Assembly: GCA_051362555.1 (NCBI GenBank)
Contig: CM120645.1
Coordinates: 1,860,001 to 1,924,000 of the forward strand
Reading direction: 5' to 3'
DNA length: 64,000 bases
Source: Lingula anatina
Lineage: Eukaryota; Animalia; Brachiopoda
Shown here piece after piece: positions 1-12,681 of the stretch (position 1 is its first letter; every line of letters starts with the position of its first letter). The position numbers were made by a program, and so were the translations under genes. The notes beneath the pieces were generated by a model that did not search any database, had not been told where the DNA came from, and was given only the letters and a program-made list of their open reading frames with translations.

Positions 1-410
1 TCTATCCTTTGAATGTAGGAGTGTGTCACAATTAAAAGGCAATATTCTCATTTAGTGCTTCATTCTCTTATCCAACAGAGTGATAGCAGACTTCATTTCT
101 GGCCGAGGGGCTCAGTCAATGCTAAAATCAAGATGCATTTTTCGCAATTGAAAACATTTTTTTTTTCATGTGCTAGTGTGATTATTTCTGATCAGCATCA
201 ATCTTATTATCTCCATCAAATTATATCTGAATGAATTAATCAAAAAAAGAATAGGCTGTATTTGAACAATAAATCATTCTCATCATTTCAGTTGCAACAA
301 TTTCAGGGACACCAAAATGTTCAAATCTATTATTGATCAGTTTAATCATAAAAAGGACGGAAATGAAAACATGACAATTTGTTTAGAGCTGACAAAACCA
401 AAAAATAAAA

Positions 411-461
<51 letters not shown>
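411..461. repeat. (AG)n microsatellite
   Basis: Seen directly in sequence. Confidence 0.98.
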
Positions 462-463
<2 letters not shown>

Positions 464-584
464 CAGGTTTGAACACCCTGGGTGTCAAGGTCCCTGTAAA
501 CCCCCCTCTCTGCTTACCTTAGGGACCACTGACTCTCAGAGAGGTTTTGAATAAGTAAAAATCTTCATTAGCTTGGTAGTTGGA

Positions 585-728
585 TCATAAATGAAAATTA
601 GCAAACACAAGCTGAAATACTTTCATACCATTACTCACATCAGTCTGATGAAGGCCTATGTCCAGGTTGTCCGTAAGCTAACAGTATGAAAGTATTTTGG
701 CTTGTGTTTGATAATTTTTTATTTATGA
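585..728. repeat. Imperfect palindrome (~44-bp arms) with a CTGATGA-containing loop
   Basis: TCATAAATGAAAATTAGCAAACACAAGCTGAAATACTTTCATAC (585-628) is the near reverse complement of GTATGAAAGTATTTTGGCTTGTGTTTGATAATTTTTTATTTATGA (684-728). Confidence 0.85.
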
Positions 729-1254
729 GGTTGTGAATAACTTACCACATTTTCATTGAGGGGAGGGTTGTAAGCGTATCCCAGCGAAGACTTCACCAGG
801 GACGTCACTGCCTCTGCACCCCAGTACCTCATTGTAGGATTTGGGTGTTGACAAATCTAAAAAAAATAAAAATGCAAATTGTTGATTATTTTCAGTAAAT
901 TTAAGCAAAGAAATCTTATATTTCTCATAAGTAATATTCAAATTTTATCTTGTAAAATCCATGGATCAATTGATGTATATAATATCTTCCACTCCAACAT
1001 CTGAAAGACAACATGAAATGGTATATGACAGCATTCCAAGGAAAGTTGATTTGTTGCCAGATAGAATCTTTTATGTATAACCAGAAATAATAAATCTTGC
1101 CAGAATGAGACTCTTGAATAAACAAAGTTAGAATATTTTAATTTATCACCATCCTGGCAAAGTTTACAGCAAATCTGGAAAGCAAACTAACAAAAATAGT
1201 AAACCCCATTTTTTTTCAGGACTAGAAGTGATCAAAGCCTTCACTAGCTTGTGA

Positions 1255-1462
1255 GAGCATTTACAACAAAGTTGATCTGTGGACTAACTAGTATAGTCCA
1301 GGTATCAAATATGGCACGCACTTGACAGTGGATCCCCGCCTCCCATGCACACCGCCCCAACAGGGACAGAGTAATTAAATCTCAGAATGCTTTCAAGTGG
1401 GTGGCGCCATATTTGATCCATGGATCTGTAAGTCCGCAGATCAACTTGCTCTGAATGTACCC
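1255..1462. mobile_element. MITE family A, copy 1 (PIF/Harbinger Tourist-like)
   Basis: Long imperfect TIRs with core AAGTTGATCTG.GGACT...ATCAAATATGGC / GCCATATTTGAT...AGTCC.CAGATCAACTT. Homologous to 23745 and 39176. Confidence 0.8.
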
Positions 1463-1729
1463 TGTAACATATGGGTTAATATTTATTCACTTCTTGCAGA
1501 TACAATTTAATCATTATTATAGCTTCTGTGTCCTTACTACATCTCGGGAAGGTTCTTAAGTTGGGCAATCAAGAAAATATAAAAATCAGAAAAGGTATGA
1601 TAAAGGCCAGTTGCTTATACTATACCTAAAACATATGAAGAAAAGGAAAATAATTTAAACTCCAACTGAAAGATGACCTTTTTAAAAATCTGGATATACA
1701 ACATCAGAAATGGGCCAACTTAAAAGTGA

Positions 1730-1827
1730 TAAAATTCTGGTGTTGATTCCTTTGTTAAATAATGGTTAATTATTAGTAAATTATTGGTCTTTGCAGAGAT
1801 CTGCATTCCCTGAGTGCTTTTCTAGTT
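1730..1827 (+). mobile_element. 3' fragment of the same HINE-like family
   Basis: CTTTGCAGAGATCTGCATTCCCTGAGTGCTTTTCTAGTT resembles 33354-33390. Confidence 0.55.
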
Positions 1828-2331
1828 TTTAATATTATCTTAATACCTTTCATCCACAAATTTGTGAAGTAATAAAGAAAGGCCAACAACCTCCTTCAAA
1901 GTATTTTCCACAATAAACTGTCTAATAAACATCTTATGTGAAGTATTTATGTCATCATAAAACCACTGGAAAAGCAAACAATGGACTTAATAGCAGTGTT
2001 CTTCAGATTTCAATCAAAGGGAATATATTTTTTCCGCCATGAATTTGTCATTTCATCATAAACTTTCACCACAATCGTCAGAATTCACTTAAGCTTATAG
2101 CGATTTCCTGTTTTTCATTTGACGTATAATACATTGTAAAGGTCAAAACCAACTTTATGGAAGGTAAGAATATTGTAATCTACCCCAGTAGTATGAAGGA
2201 CACATTAAGAAGCTTTGTGTGCCCTCAATCATATACTCAACCCAGATTTATTGAAACTGGTGACATGAATCATATGCCATTTTGACTTAATGCATAATAC
2301 TTATCTATCTCACTTTATTCTTTGCTAATAT

Positions 2332-2332
<1 letters not shown>

Positions 2333-2386
<54 letters not shown>

Positions 2387-2400
2387 AGGGGGGGGGGTGG
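2333..2400. repeat. (GT)n microsatellite followed by G run
   Basis: Seen directly in sequence. Confidence 0.98.
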
Positions 2401-4920
2401 ACTCACCCACCAAAATTAATACAATTAACTGGCCATTTTGAGTCCAGGCTCCCTTGTCAGACTCTCAAAATGGTGCGAAACAGAAAAGATACTATATAAT
2501 TATGATAAGGTTTATTTGGGTGCAAAGCTGAGGACTGTGGAAGTATTTTATTCACACGTACTTGAATGAAGTCAAAAATAAAGGCAAAAATAAAGTGTTG
2601 GCATTTGTCAGGTGTGTGTGAAGTTATCTTCACGAGTTTCTCAATGGAAAGTAAAAGAGATACATGTGAAAAAATGTCATTTTGACCAGCAATTTGTAAT
2701 AAATATCTGACTGAAATTGAATAAAGCAACCTTTTTGATTTTGGAACTGAGATGGCAGTCCTGTTGTTTCTGACACCGACATCCCTCGCTGATATACTGA
2801 TGGGAAAAGAACCTGAACCATATCTCAGTCCAACAGCCCCTCAAATCAGCAGCCCTTAGAAAACTACTAATCAAAAACAAAACTGACTATAACTCAAAAT
2901 TAAATCTTAAGGTCATGTAAATATTATCTCAAAGACTGCTAACATTACCAATAGTCCATTTAGATTAATTGCTCTGAAAAATCCTTTCCTTTTGCATTGT
3001 TTGGGGGGGGGGGCAACAAATATACTGGTCATTGTCTTAGACTACTGGGAAATATTCTTTTGCATTTAATAACATCAGCCAAGCCATCACAAATTTGGAA
3101 AAGCAGTTTCTATTAGTTTTAAATCAAAGTCATAGCATTTCGAGATTGTTCCAAAATATGTAGCAACCAAGGGTTCCAACCAAGTTGTCCTTGAGTTTAA
3201 TTTTCAGTAACTCTGTCCATCAATTTCTGATCTTCTCGCTTCTTGAGTAAAGAAATTCCACGCGTTGATTCCCCTAGAGACAAAACCTTTATGAAGAACT
3301 TGGCAGAGATAAACTGATATTAAATCAAGATAGAAGGCCCATCTTCTGGTGTTTTTTTTTACCCAACATGTAATCTCTCTGAAGAAAGTACCATTAATTC
3401 TTAAAAATAAATAGACCTGCCAGATTTCTATTTTTTTCTAAACATTCAAAACAACTCTTCCTTATTAAGGGATGGAAAGCTGGTGCAATTTTTGAAAATG
3501 TTTATTCTTTTTGCAACATTTTTTTTCATTCAAAGGGTTCAAGTTTCTTAAATGAAACTCATATCAGAGTCATATGGCAAGGGCCATTTTACATCTTCTG
3601 TTCAATGACGGAATTTATGACAAACTTTCCTGATAAGATACCTTTCTGCTGATGTTGCTCATAGAAAAACTAATATGAAGTAAAGAACACGTCTTATCTC
3701 TGTTTTTTTTTTAAATTCTAAGATGTCACGTGTATGTTTGATTTATTTTACATAGCAAAGGTCAAGGTGGTCATTTTATTTCCAAAAAATTCTTACCCTA
3801 CCAAAAAAGCTCAACTTCTTGGGGTTTGTCTTTTTACAAGTATTAATCCAGAAAAAAACATTCTTACAAAAAAGTAAACAAACAATCACTTATAATGCAA
3901 ATTTCATTCATGAAAGTCAAAAGTCAAAGTGTGCAGAAAACACACATATACCAGAGCAGTCAATGCTAGTCATAGATCAAACACTTTATAAAAGATCCTT
4001 ATTTCATGACCTTTGACCCTTGACCTTTGAAATATACGGAGACAAATTGGGAGTTCAATTTTGAGAAATGACACTGTCACTTGCATTGATCACACAATAT
4101 GTTATCCCCTTCTTGTGCCCTGGGGGGGAAGGTTTGGGTTACGACCCCAAGTGACCCGACTCATCGCTTGGTCGATAAAGTCATGCCTCCATATGATTTT
4201 TCTGAGATAATAGATACTCAAGTTATCTCTTTCTTGGTGAATTGTAGGTCTTTATTTGTGAATTTTGGGTTATTTATTGTTAATCTAATTTGTGTGGGGA
4301 GGAATCCAATCTAAAACTCCAAAATATCCTCAAATCAAAACAAAAAATGGATGGACTGAATGTCCAAGGTCATGGCAGATTGAATTTGCAGCAAAAGTTG
4401 GTCAAGAAGGCAGGGGACTTTGGGGAGAGCCCAAACTTTTGGTCAAAAAAGATCCACTCAAAAAAAAAAAAACTACCTCAGAATTTGATATTGATGGCCG
4501 CAGGTAGGCCCTAGAGTCTGCATTCCCAGATACCATTTGGTGGAAACTAAAAACCAACCAAAAACCAAGAAATAAACTGAGTGAGCAAGTCTTGACTAAT
4601 AAGCCTAAAAATTTATAAAAAAAGATCTTTCAGATTTGTTGAAGCAGATCCAGAAGACTTCCGGAGAGTGTCCTCAATCTACATCAAAGCTTTTCACACT
4701 CCACTTGATTTGGTGATGGAAGCCAAATGGGATTCTTGCTTTGGCTTTTTTCTGTACTTTAATATTGGCAATGGAACAGTACCAAACAAGGCCTTGCAGA
4801 AACTGGAGGTTGTTCACCGATCTTCATTTATCTACACTGATCTTTATCTATATTTTATTAACAACACTTGGATGTGATAAAAATTTAATTTAAAGTTACA
4901 TTGATACTGGCATATATATA

Positions 4921-5141
4921 CTGACAGTCAATGAAAACACATCAGTAAACTTTCTTGTACTTTTTACCGAGAATCGATTCCAACCATATAAACGAGTATA
5001 AATGCACTTTTGGTCATAAGAGAGTCACCTTGTTTGACTGAATAATGGGTCATATTTCACACGAAAACTTATTTCTTAATGTTCCAAAGGAACTTAAAAT
5101 ATTATTTGATAAATAAATGATGCATTTTCATTGACTGTCAG
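4921..5141. mobile_element. MITE with 24-bp TIRs in TA context (Tc1/mariner-like)
   Basis: CTGACAGTCAATGAAAACACATCA ... TGATGCATTTTCATTGACTGTCAG (22/24 match), flanked on both sides by TATATA. Confidence 0.85.
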
Positions 5142-6039
5142 TATATATATAGCAGCAGGGGGGATCTCTGGCTAGAAATACTCTTTTTGGACAAATTTTG
5201 ATGAAATACAACAAAAAAGCAAAAATAAATATGGAAAAACTGAATGCAGAAAATGGCAATTTCTGGTAAAACTTTGGCAAGGCTAATTACGAGGTGATAT
5301 CATAGCAAGACGTCAGAGGCAAAACCCACACATCATTTTAGAAACAAACACAAACAGGAGATTATTACATGTAACTCTCAACTGTTCCATTGCCAATGAT
5401 TCTTGGAAAAACATCCTGTTTAATTACCAGTATCTCAATGCAGAGCAAAGTAAATTAAATACATTCTCAGGAGAAATTACAACTTCACAAATCAGTTATT
5501 TAGTTGGAATCACTTCAAATCCTTAGGTCTAAGGTAGATTTTATCCTACCCTGAGTCTCCAAGAACTGAACCAGAGAACAAATAAAGAATCTAAATAAAA
5601 TTAAGTCCATCTTTTTGGGGGCTTAAATTGCTCTCCTACTAAGCCTTAGACAACTACACTGTTTTATGAAAAAGTATCTTATTGGCTGCCAAGCCCCCTT
5701 TTTTTTCTCTTTCAAGCTTTGCTCCCTGACAAATTGAGATTGTCTTGACAAAGATTTTTACTCTCATGGCTGACAGAGGCCCATTTAGGTATGTCAACTA
5801 CATTGACAGAGGACCAATCATTCTTAAAAACTCTAACACCAATACAATATGGCAAATTAAGTCTGCCTTATTTAGTCAGCTAAATGATTTCAGTAGTTTA
5901 CCCTTAACAATTTTAATTTTTTTTGAGGAAAAAAGGAAAGGTCTCCAGGTGATAAATCCAAAAAACATTGTAATTTTCTAATCAAATAAACCCTCTATTC
6001 CAACAGAGCTAATTAAATAAAACATTTCCCAATGTTCTG

Positions 6040-6043
<4 letters not shown>

Positions 6044-6130
<87 letters not shown>
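6044..6130. repeat. (TA)n microsatellite
   Basis: Seen directly in sequence. Confidence 0.98.
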
Positions 6131-6133
<3 letters not shown>

Positions 6134-6577
6134 CTTGCATCTGAATAAATTAAACTGTTTAGGAGACAAACTACAGCACTTGCTGATATGGGTTATATGC
6201 ATAATGTCAGTGTCCACTTTTAACTTCCATATTATATTTATATGTGCTGGGACTCAAACAGAATGCACCTTGCTGATGAGTGGTGTATCTAATGGTTAAT
6301 GTGACCCAGGTGTTCTAAAACCTACATTCATTTGTAATGAGTGTGTATATATGCAATGGTGTAAATCCTGCTTTTGCTTATACATAGATGTAAAAAAAAA
6401 AATTTACTCAGACTTTAATCCTATTTCACTTTAGTACTAACAAATATCAATCAGCGCTAAAGTTAAATTTCTTGCAATATGACTAATTTCAGATATCTAT
6501 ATGATTTGACTGACAGTTCAGATCATCCATTATGACTTTTATCGTGGGCTGTATCAAAATGTGATTGGCATATGGTG

Positions 6578-7085
6578 GACCAATACCCCAATATGTCTTG
6601 GTATGTGGGTGGTGTCACGATTTGATTGACAGTGGATCTTGTCAGACTGACCAATATGTCTTGGTATGTGGATGGTGTCATGATTTGATTGACAGTGGAT
6701 CTTGTCAGAATAACCAATACCCCAATATGTCTTGGTATGAGGGTGGTGTCACAATTTGATTGACAGTGGATCTTGTCAGACTGACCAATATGTCTTGGTA
6801 TGTGGGTGGTGTCATGATTTGATTGACAGTGGATCTTGTCAGAATGACCAATGCCCCAATATGTCTTGGTATGTGGGTGGTGACATGATTTGATTGACAG
6901 TGGATCTTGTCAGACTGACCAATATGTCTTGGTATATGGGTGGCATCACAATTTGATTGACAGTGGAGCTTGTCAGACTGACCAATAAGTCTTGGTATGT
7001 GGGTGGTGTCACAATTTGATTGACAGTGGATCTTGTCAGAATGACCAATATGTCTTGAAATGTGGGCAGTATCAAAATTTCATAG
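6578..7085. repeat. Minisatellite, ~7.5 units of 63/71 bp
   Basis: Unit CCAATATGTCTTGGTATGTGGGTGGTGTCAYRATTTGATTGACAGTGGATCTTGTCAGAMTGA. Anchor TGATTGACAG at 6623, 6686, 6757, 6820, 6891, 6954 and 7017. Confidence 0.97.
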
Positions 7086-10000
7086 ATAGGCAAAATGTCC
7101 TATATGTGTCTTGGTAATCGGGAGGTATAAAAATAACAATGACAGGCAGAAGAACCTGCCAGACTGCTGAATGAATTTTTGTGTGTGCGGTGTCAAAATG
7201 TGATTGACAGGCAGTCCAACTTGTTACATCTTATCAGAGATGGAAAGGTCTAGAAAGTATCTGCAGGGGCAAATTGAGACACAAGATAAGACAAAGCCAG
7301 GCTATATTAGATAGAAATTAGGATAAAATTTCCTCGTCAGAAGTCTCCTTAGATGACACAGGAGGTACCTATTTGCAACGTAGCCATAGAAAATCCCTGC
7401 TTAGTTTATCAATCTTTCACCTACTGACACAAGTTTATCCAATTTTCGGTACTAAGTCATCTGTGTCTGAATTAACTAGGAGAAAGAATTCATGGCACAG
7501 TCAGTGATTCTGACACACACACAGGGTGTTTTTCCGGCTAAGGAACGATATCATTATATGAGGCCTGACTTGTTCTTATAGCAAAAACAAAATCCGATCT
7601 GATCTTATCTCTAGCCCACCTCTGCACACCCAGCTTGAGATCACTGGGAGCTTGGCAAAGAAACCAAGTACTTGGGAATTTTTATATACCACACACATTA
7701 CAAGAGTAACTGGTGGGATAAAAAAAGTAATGATTCCTATACATTATATATTATAAATACACTGTAAGTCAAGTCTCCTAAGATGAATGGCTTGTGCTGA
7801 GATTTTATAAGTCATGTCTACCAGTATCAAATATGTCAAGACCTCCAAGTTTTGTGTCTAAGATAAAAAAAAAAATAATATGAGAATTGAACTGAATAAT
7901 TTTACATTTAACTGTGATGATATTCTACTTCTGCAAAATGTTCCTGTAGGTTAAGTATGTCCACAGTGTTGGGAATACCATAATTTTTACAAAAGTTTTT
8001 TTTTTTTTCAAATTTAGACCTGCGAAGAAGAAAAATGCAGCCATCTTTAATTAACAGGAGAATAAATAAAATAAAGATTGTTTTTCACTCTTATTTGTAC
8101 AACAATAAAATAGCATGCTTTAAAGATACTAAATAATAATTCAACTTCATGCCTCTCATTAACAGAATTATAAGCCAAGAAGGCAAAGGTTTTATCATGA
8201 TGCAGTCTGCATAACTATTCGTAACATTGGGCAACTCATGGCACCCAGGCTTTAAATGTAAGCTTAATCAGTTCTTAATCATTCGATAATTCTTTTCCCA
8301 TCGCATATCAAAAAGTTATAAATAGACAGAACATTTCATTAAGAAAAACCAAAGACCTATCAATGTATCAGCTATATGTGTCTACCTAATTAATATCCTG
8401 ATCCACTGTGCAAATTTATAATTAAGAAAATGACAATCCAAGAAAGAGAAAGAGAGGGGAAAAGAAGCCTTCAAAGTATCTGATATAGAAGACAGATCAA
8501 TGATCATAAATCTTAATCATGGACTCCTCACCTCTGTCGCAAGAACTTGCGTAGATTGAGATTAATGATTGAAAATTAATTCCTCCATAGTATTGAGGCG
8601 CATTCCTCGCGTCTGATATCAATATTGTTAACTTCTGTCACGATTAGATTACAACAGCCTGAATGCTTTGATTCAAGACACAAGAATACGGTGTCATTAT
8701 GATTTCTGTAGTGGAAAGAATAAGCCATTTGTAATTAATTTGCCTTTTATTAATGCTTCAATGCCTATCCATCAGGTGAGAACAAATGTGGGCTTTTACC
8801 CATCTCGTTTAGATTTTTTCTCTCTCTCTAGTTCTCTCTTGCCGCTGGCCAGCAGCTGAGAGTAAAATCAATAAGCTGAATAGAACTTGTAGGAATCAAG
8901 GGATGAAATGAAAAGAGATTGCTTCAAAAGCTCATTTTCATCTCTTCATCAGCACTGGGCCTGCGAGTGTTCCAAACTGGAAGTGTTTCAGGCACAAGAA
9001 CATAACCGCAAGTTTACAGTTAAAGTTAGCATTTACTTTAGTACACTTATAAATAAATAAATAATCAAAGCGGGGAGAATAGCCGTAGTGCAGTGTGGCA
9101 GTGCCGCCTCCACAGATATCATAACATTGGACATCAATTTTGCTGTCAACGTGAAATGAGAACCGCGAGCCGTATGTAATTATGAGCCAATTTCCATCAG
9201 ATTCTGCAGGTTTTACTTAAGCGGGGCATTTCATGATTGTTGTTTATCTGAAAGCCACAAGAGTTTTCTCGGCTGGAGAGGAAAAGATACTGCTTTCTCA
9301 ACACAGGTAAGAAGTGCATTTCAATTGATACTGTTATAAATGACAGATAAAAGGCCAAATCAATTGACTTATGTCAATTAAACTGACTATAAATACTTCA
9401 AATCCTTTCAAACCTGGATGGATTAAGTTTTATGAAGAGTTTAAGAAGGTTGTGAGTGGTTTCCTAATAGTTGGTGATTTCCTGATCATGCTGGGTACAC
9501 TAATATGTACATCTGTCCCAGGAGTGATTTCAAAAAAAGAAAAAAACAAAAGAAAAAAGGGCTCCTAGCTTCCAGTACAATCCAACTCAAAGAATATCAG
9601 CTATATCAGTTGCTATAATAAAAATATGATTTAATGTTACAGTACAGATGATACAGAACATTAAAAGACATATATTCACTCAAGTTTTTTAATGGTAGAA
9701 TAGAATCGGATAAAAATTGCAAATTATAGAACCAGTATCACGTTGTTATCTTCTTTTTATCTGGGTTGATTTCTGCATATTAATGTCCTATACCTATAAA
9801 CATACACAAAAACTGAATCAGGCTCATGCATTTATTGAAACTTTAAAGTGTTATAGTATTCAGCAGACTTGCATATATATATTGTAGATGAGTAACTTTG
9901 CCAAAACACACATAACGATTGCAAAATAGAGACATCATCACATTTCTCTCCTAGGTGATGCCACTTATTTAAATATTGTAAACAGGTCACTGTATAAGAT

Positions 10001-12516
10001 ATTTCTTTAAAGTACCATTACCCAGAACGATGTACTTAGACTTATGCATGACCATACTCAAAGGTTTATTGGGGATACGTGTCAAAGTACAGAAAACGAC
10101 ATATGTCTGGTTGATAGACATATTACTGGTACAGGGCACGGCCATCAACAGACAGAACTTCAAAATGGCTCCAGCTGGCACTGTATCACAATAGTACAAA
10201 TAAGAAGTAATTTTTGACCGTCATCTGACACCTCTACGTCCACTCTATCAAAGAAACACGATGGTATCTGTGTCATATCTTGGGGATTGGAAGATTGTGT
10301 GGAGTACTAATACAGAAGTTATTGATTGGGAAAGTTTTGGAGCACAAAAGTTGTCTGTTGCTAGATATATTCAGTTTCACTGCATTTGAACTCTGGAACA
10401 CGCAGTAGAGATAATAACGATATTGTTACCTCACAAATTGATACAATGTATACAAATAAACAATAGTCGACAAGCTAAGAGGAACTTGATTACTAGAACA
10501 CCACAATTATTGTGTATTATAGTTTAACACTATGCACAATGAATTTCCTTTACTTTCATGCTTATGTATGTGCTGTACGACTGTCGACAGACAGATAACA
10601 TACAATTAAGAAGTTTCATACATTTTCAAACCTTCCTTGGCAGAAAACCTACAACAAAAGGAATCACAGATCTTGAAATGTTCAAAGATATTCAGGCCTA
10701 ACTGTACCAACAATTTCAAAGGGGGTTCTTCTTTTTAAAAAAAAAGTGGATGTTTTTATCATAATGTCAAAAAAAAAATGTTTCTAAGGATTTTTGAACA
10801 GTTTAAAGGGTGGTTCATTTGAACCCCCCTCCTCCCCAAAACCCTGTACCTAAAAATCAAGCATTTATTTAAAAACTAATTCAACAAGAAAACTTCATCT
10901 CTGGTAATCAATTCATAAAAAAAAAAGACACTTCACAACTTGCTGAGATTTATGATGCAAGGTGCCTCACCAAGGAACATACCTCCTGGTCTCCTTGACA
11001 CTAAACATGTATCAGTTGAGAAAAGTATTTTCAAGTACCTGACACACATACTTTTTTAATTTGAAAGTATGAGGAGGTGGAAAAATCATTCCTGAGAAAA
11101 CCTTGCTGCCGATTTTCTTCAAACGATCTCGAGTCCATAGAAATGTGAAAACTTAGAGTCAGGTTCCTGGGATAAGAAAACCTTCAAAATACTGGCTCCT
11201 TTGAAAAAAAAGAGGCAGTTTTGTTCTGCTCAGTTCACATACAACATGAATCTGTGCATATGTATTCACTTTTACTTCTGAACAAAATTATTTCCAAAAT
11301 ATTGATTTGTTAGTGACATCTATAAAAAAATAACAAAACAAATCTGAAAATTTAGTTTGGTTAATACCTATTGGAGTAGAAGAGAAAAATAAAATATAGG
11401 TGGGAAAATTGTACCCAGTAAGGCATTTGATGTTTGTAAGTAGTTATGATCGACTAAGCTATAGCTGTATGGTTTATCTTCACTTTGATTTCTTGAAAAT
11501 CATGACAAACACAAACACACAGTATATATGACCATTAAGTATCTAACAGGTCTTTTTTATCTTACGACTGACATATATAGTAATGGCTTGATCATTTCAA
11601 CTTGGAAAATCATAAATTTTGCAGATAACATAACATACTTTAGTTTACTGACAGAAGCTTTCCATGATCTTTATTTATAACAGCCTCTTTGAAATTAGTC
11701 ATTTTTTTCTGAAAATCAGGTGTAAGACTGCCATTTAGTGAAAAAGTCAGAAAACATGGCATGGGATCCAGGGGGCTGCATAGGCCAATGATATTTTTGT
11801 CTCCAAAAAAGTAGAAAGTCCACCTACAGTCAGAAAAATCTCATCCCTGAATCATTTAGCCCCTATTCAATTTATTCTTCTGAAGATATTTCCATGCTTC
11901 AAGCAACTAGGATGACATCTATTTACTGGGCCATCACCTTACGTTATTTATCTCAGGGCATATGTCACAGTGGTCATTATGTCAAATAAACAGTTTCTAC
12001 GTTTTGTCGTTTCACAAAGATTTTAGACTTAAGCTATAAGACTGCTAAAGTTGGATAGACAACTATATAAAGTTGACTTAACAATATTGGTTAAAAGATC
12101 TGATTATTGCTTCTCAATGTAAGCTTTCCCTAGCCAGCTAATTTGCAAATATAATTCAAATTGGCATCTAAATCAATTAATATCTATCTCCTAAAACATG
12201 CAATGATAAAGCACAAAAAAGCAAACAGAAATAAATGCACCCATCTACAATATCAATATCCACTTAGGCAGCATACTTATAACCATGGGATCAGAATAAA
12301 GTTTGGGAGGAAATGAGCTGAAAATAAAACAATGGTATAATGATCATAGATGGCTTCTTGCTTTGCTCCACTGTTCCTGCCATTATTGCATTATCTGGTG
12401 GTAAAATACGGCCTTTTAAGTTGGGAAAGCTATCTGTTTCCTGACCCATTTGTCTGAAACAAATAAAGTGGCAGCAGAGATCAAGGTAAGAACTACCAGT
12501 ATGTGTTATCAAGATA

Positions 12517-12523
<7 letters not shown>

Positions 12524-12602
<79 letters not shown>

Positions 12603-12641
12603 GGTTTTGAATTTAACTCTCTTTCTCTCTCTCTCTAATAA

Positions 12642-12678
<37 letters not shown>
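12524..12678. repeat. (TA)n followed by (CT)n microsatellites
   Basis: Seen directly in sequence. Confidence 0.97.

Positions 12679-12681
<3 letters not shown>

Noticed and set aside
6523-7093. Repetitive ORFs in the minisatellite; CRISPR-like appearance
   Set aside because: The ORFs arise from the 63-bp period and are broken by the 71-bp units. Units are contiguous with no unique spacers and no cas genes.
8900-8955. Minus-strand CTGATGA-AGAGAT-GAAA hammerhead-like spacing (also CTGACGA at ~7335 minus)
   Set aside because: No pairing stem II and only a marginal stem I. The 7335 site lacks GAAA.
9072-9115. tRNA/SINE-like start GGGGAGAATAGCCGTAGTG
   Set aside because: No B box and no cloverleaf.
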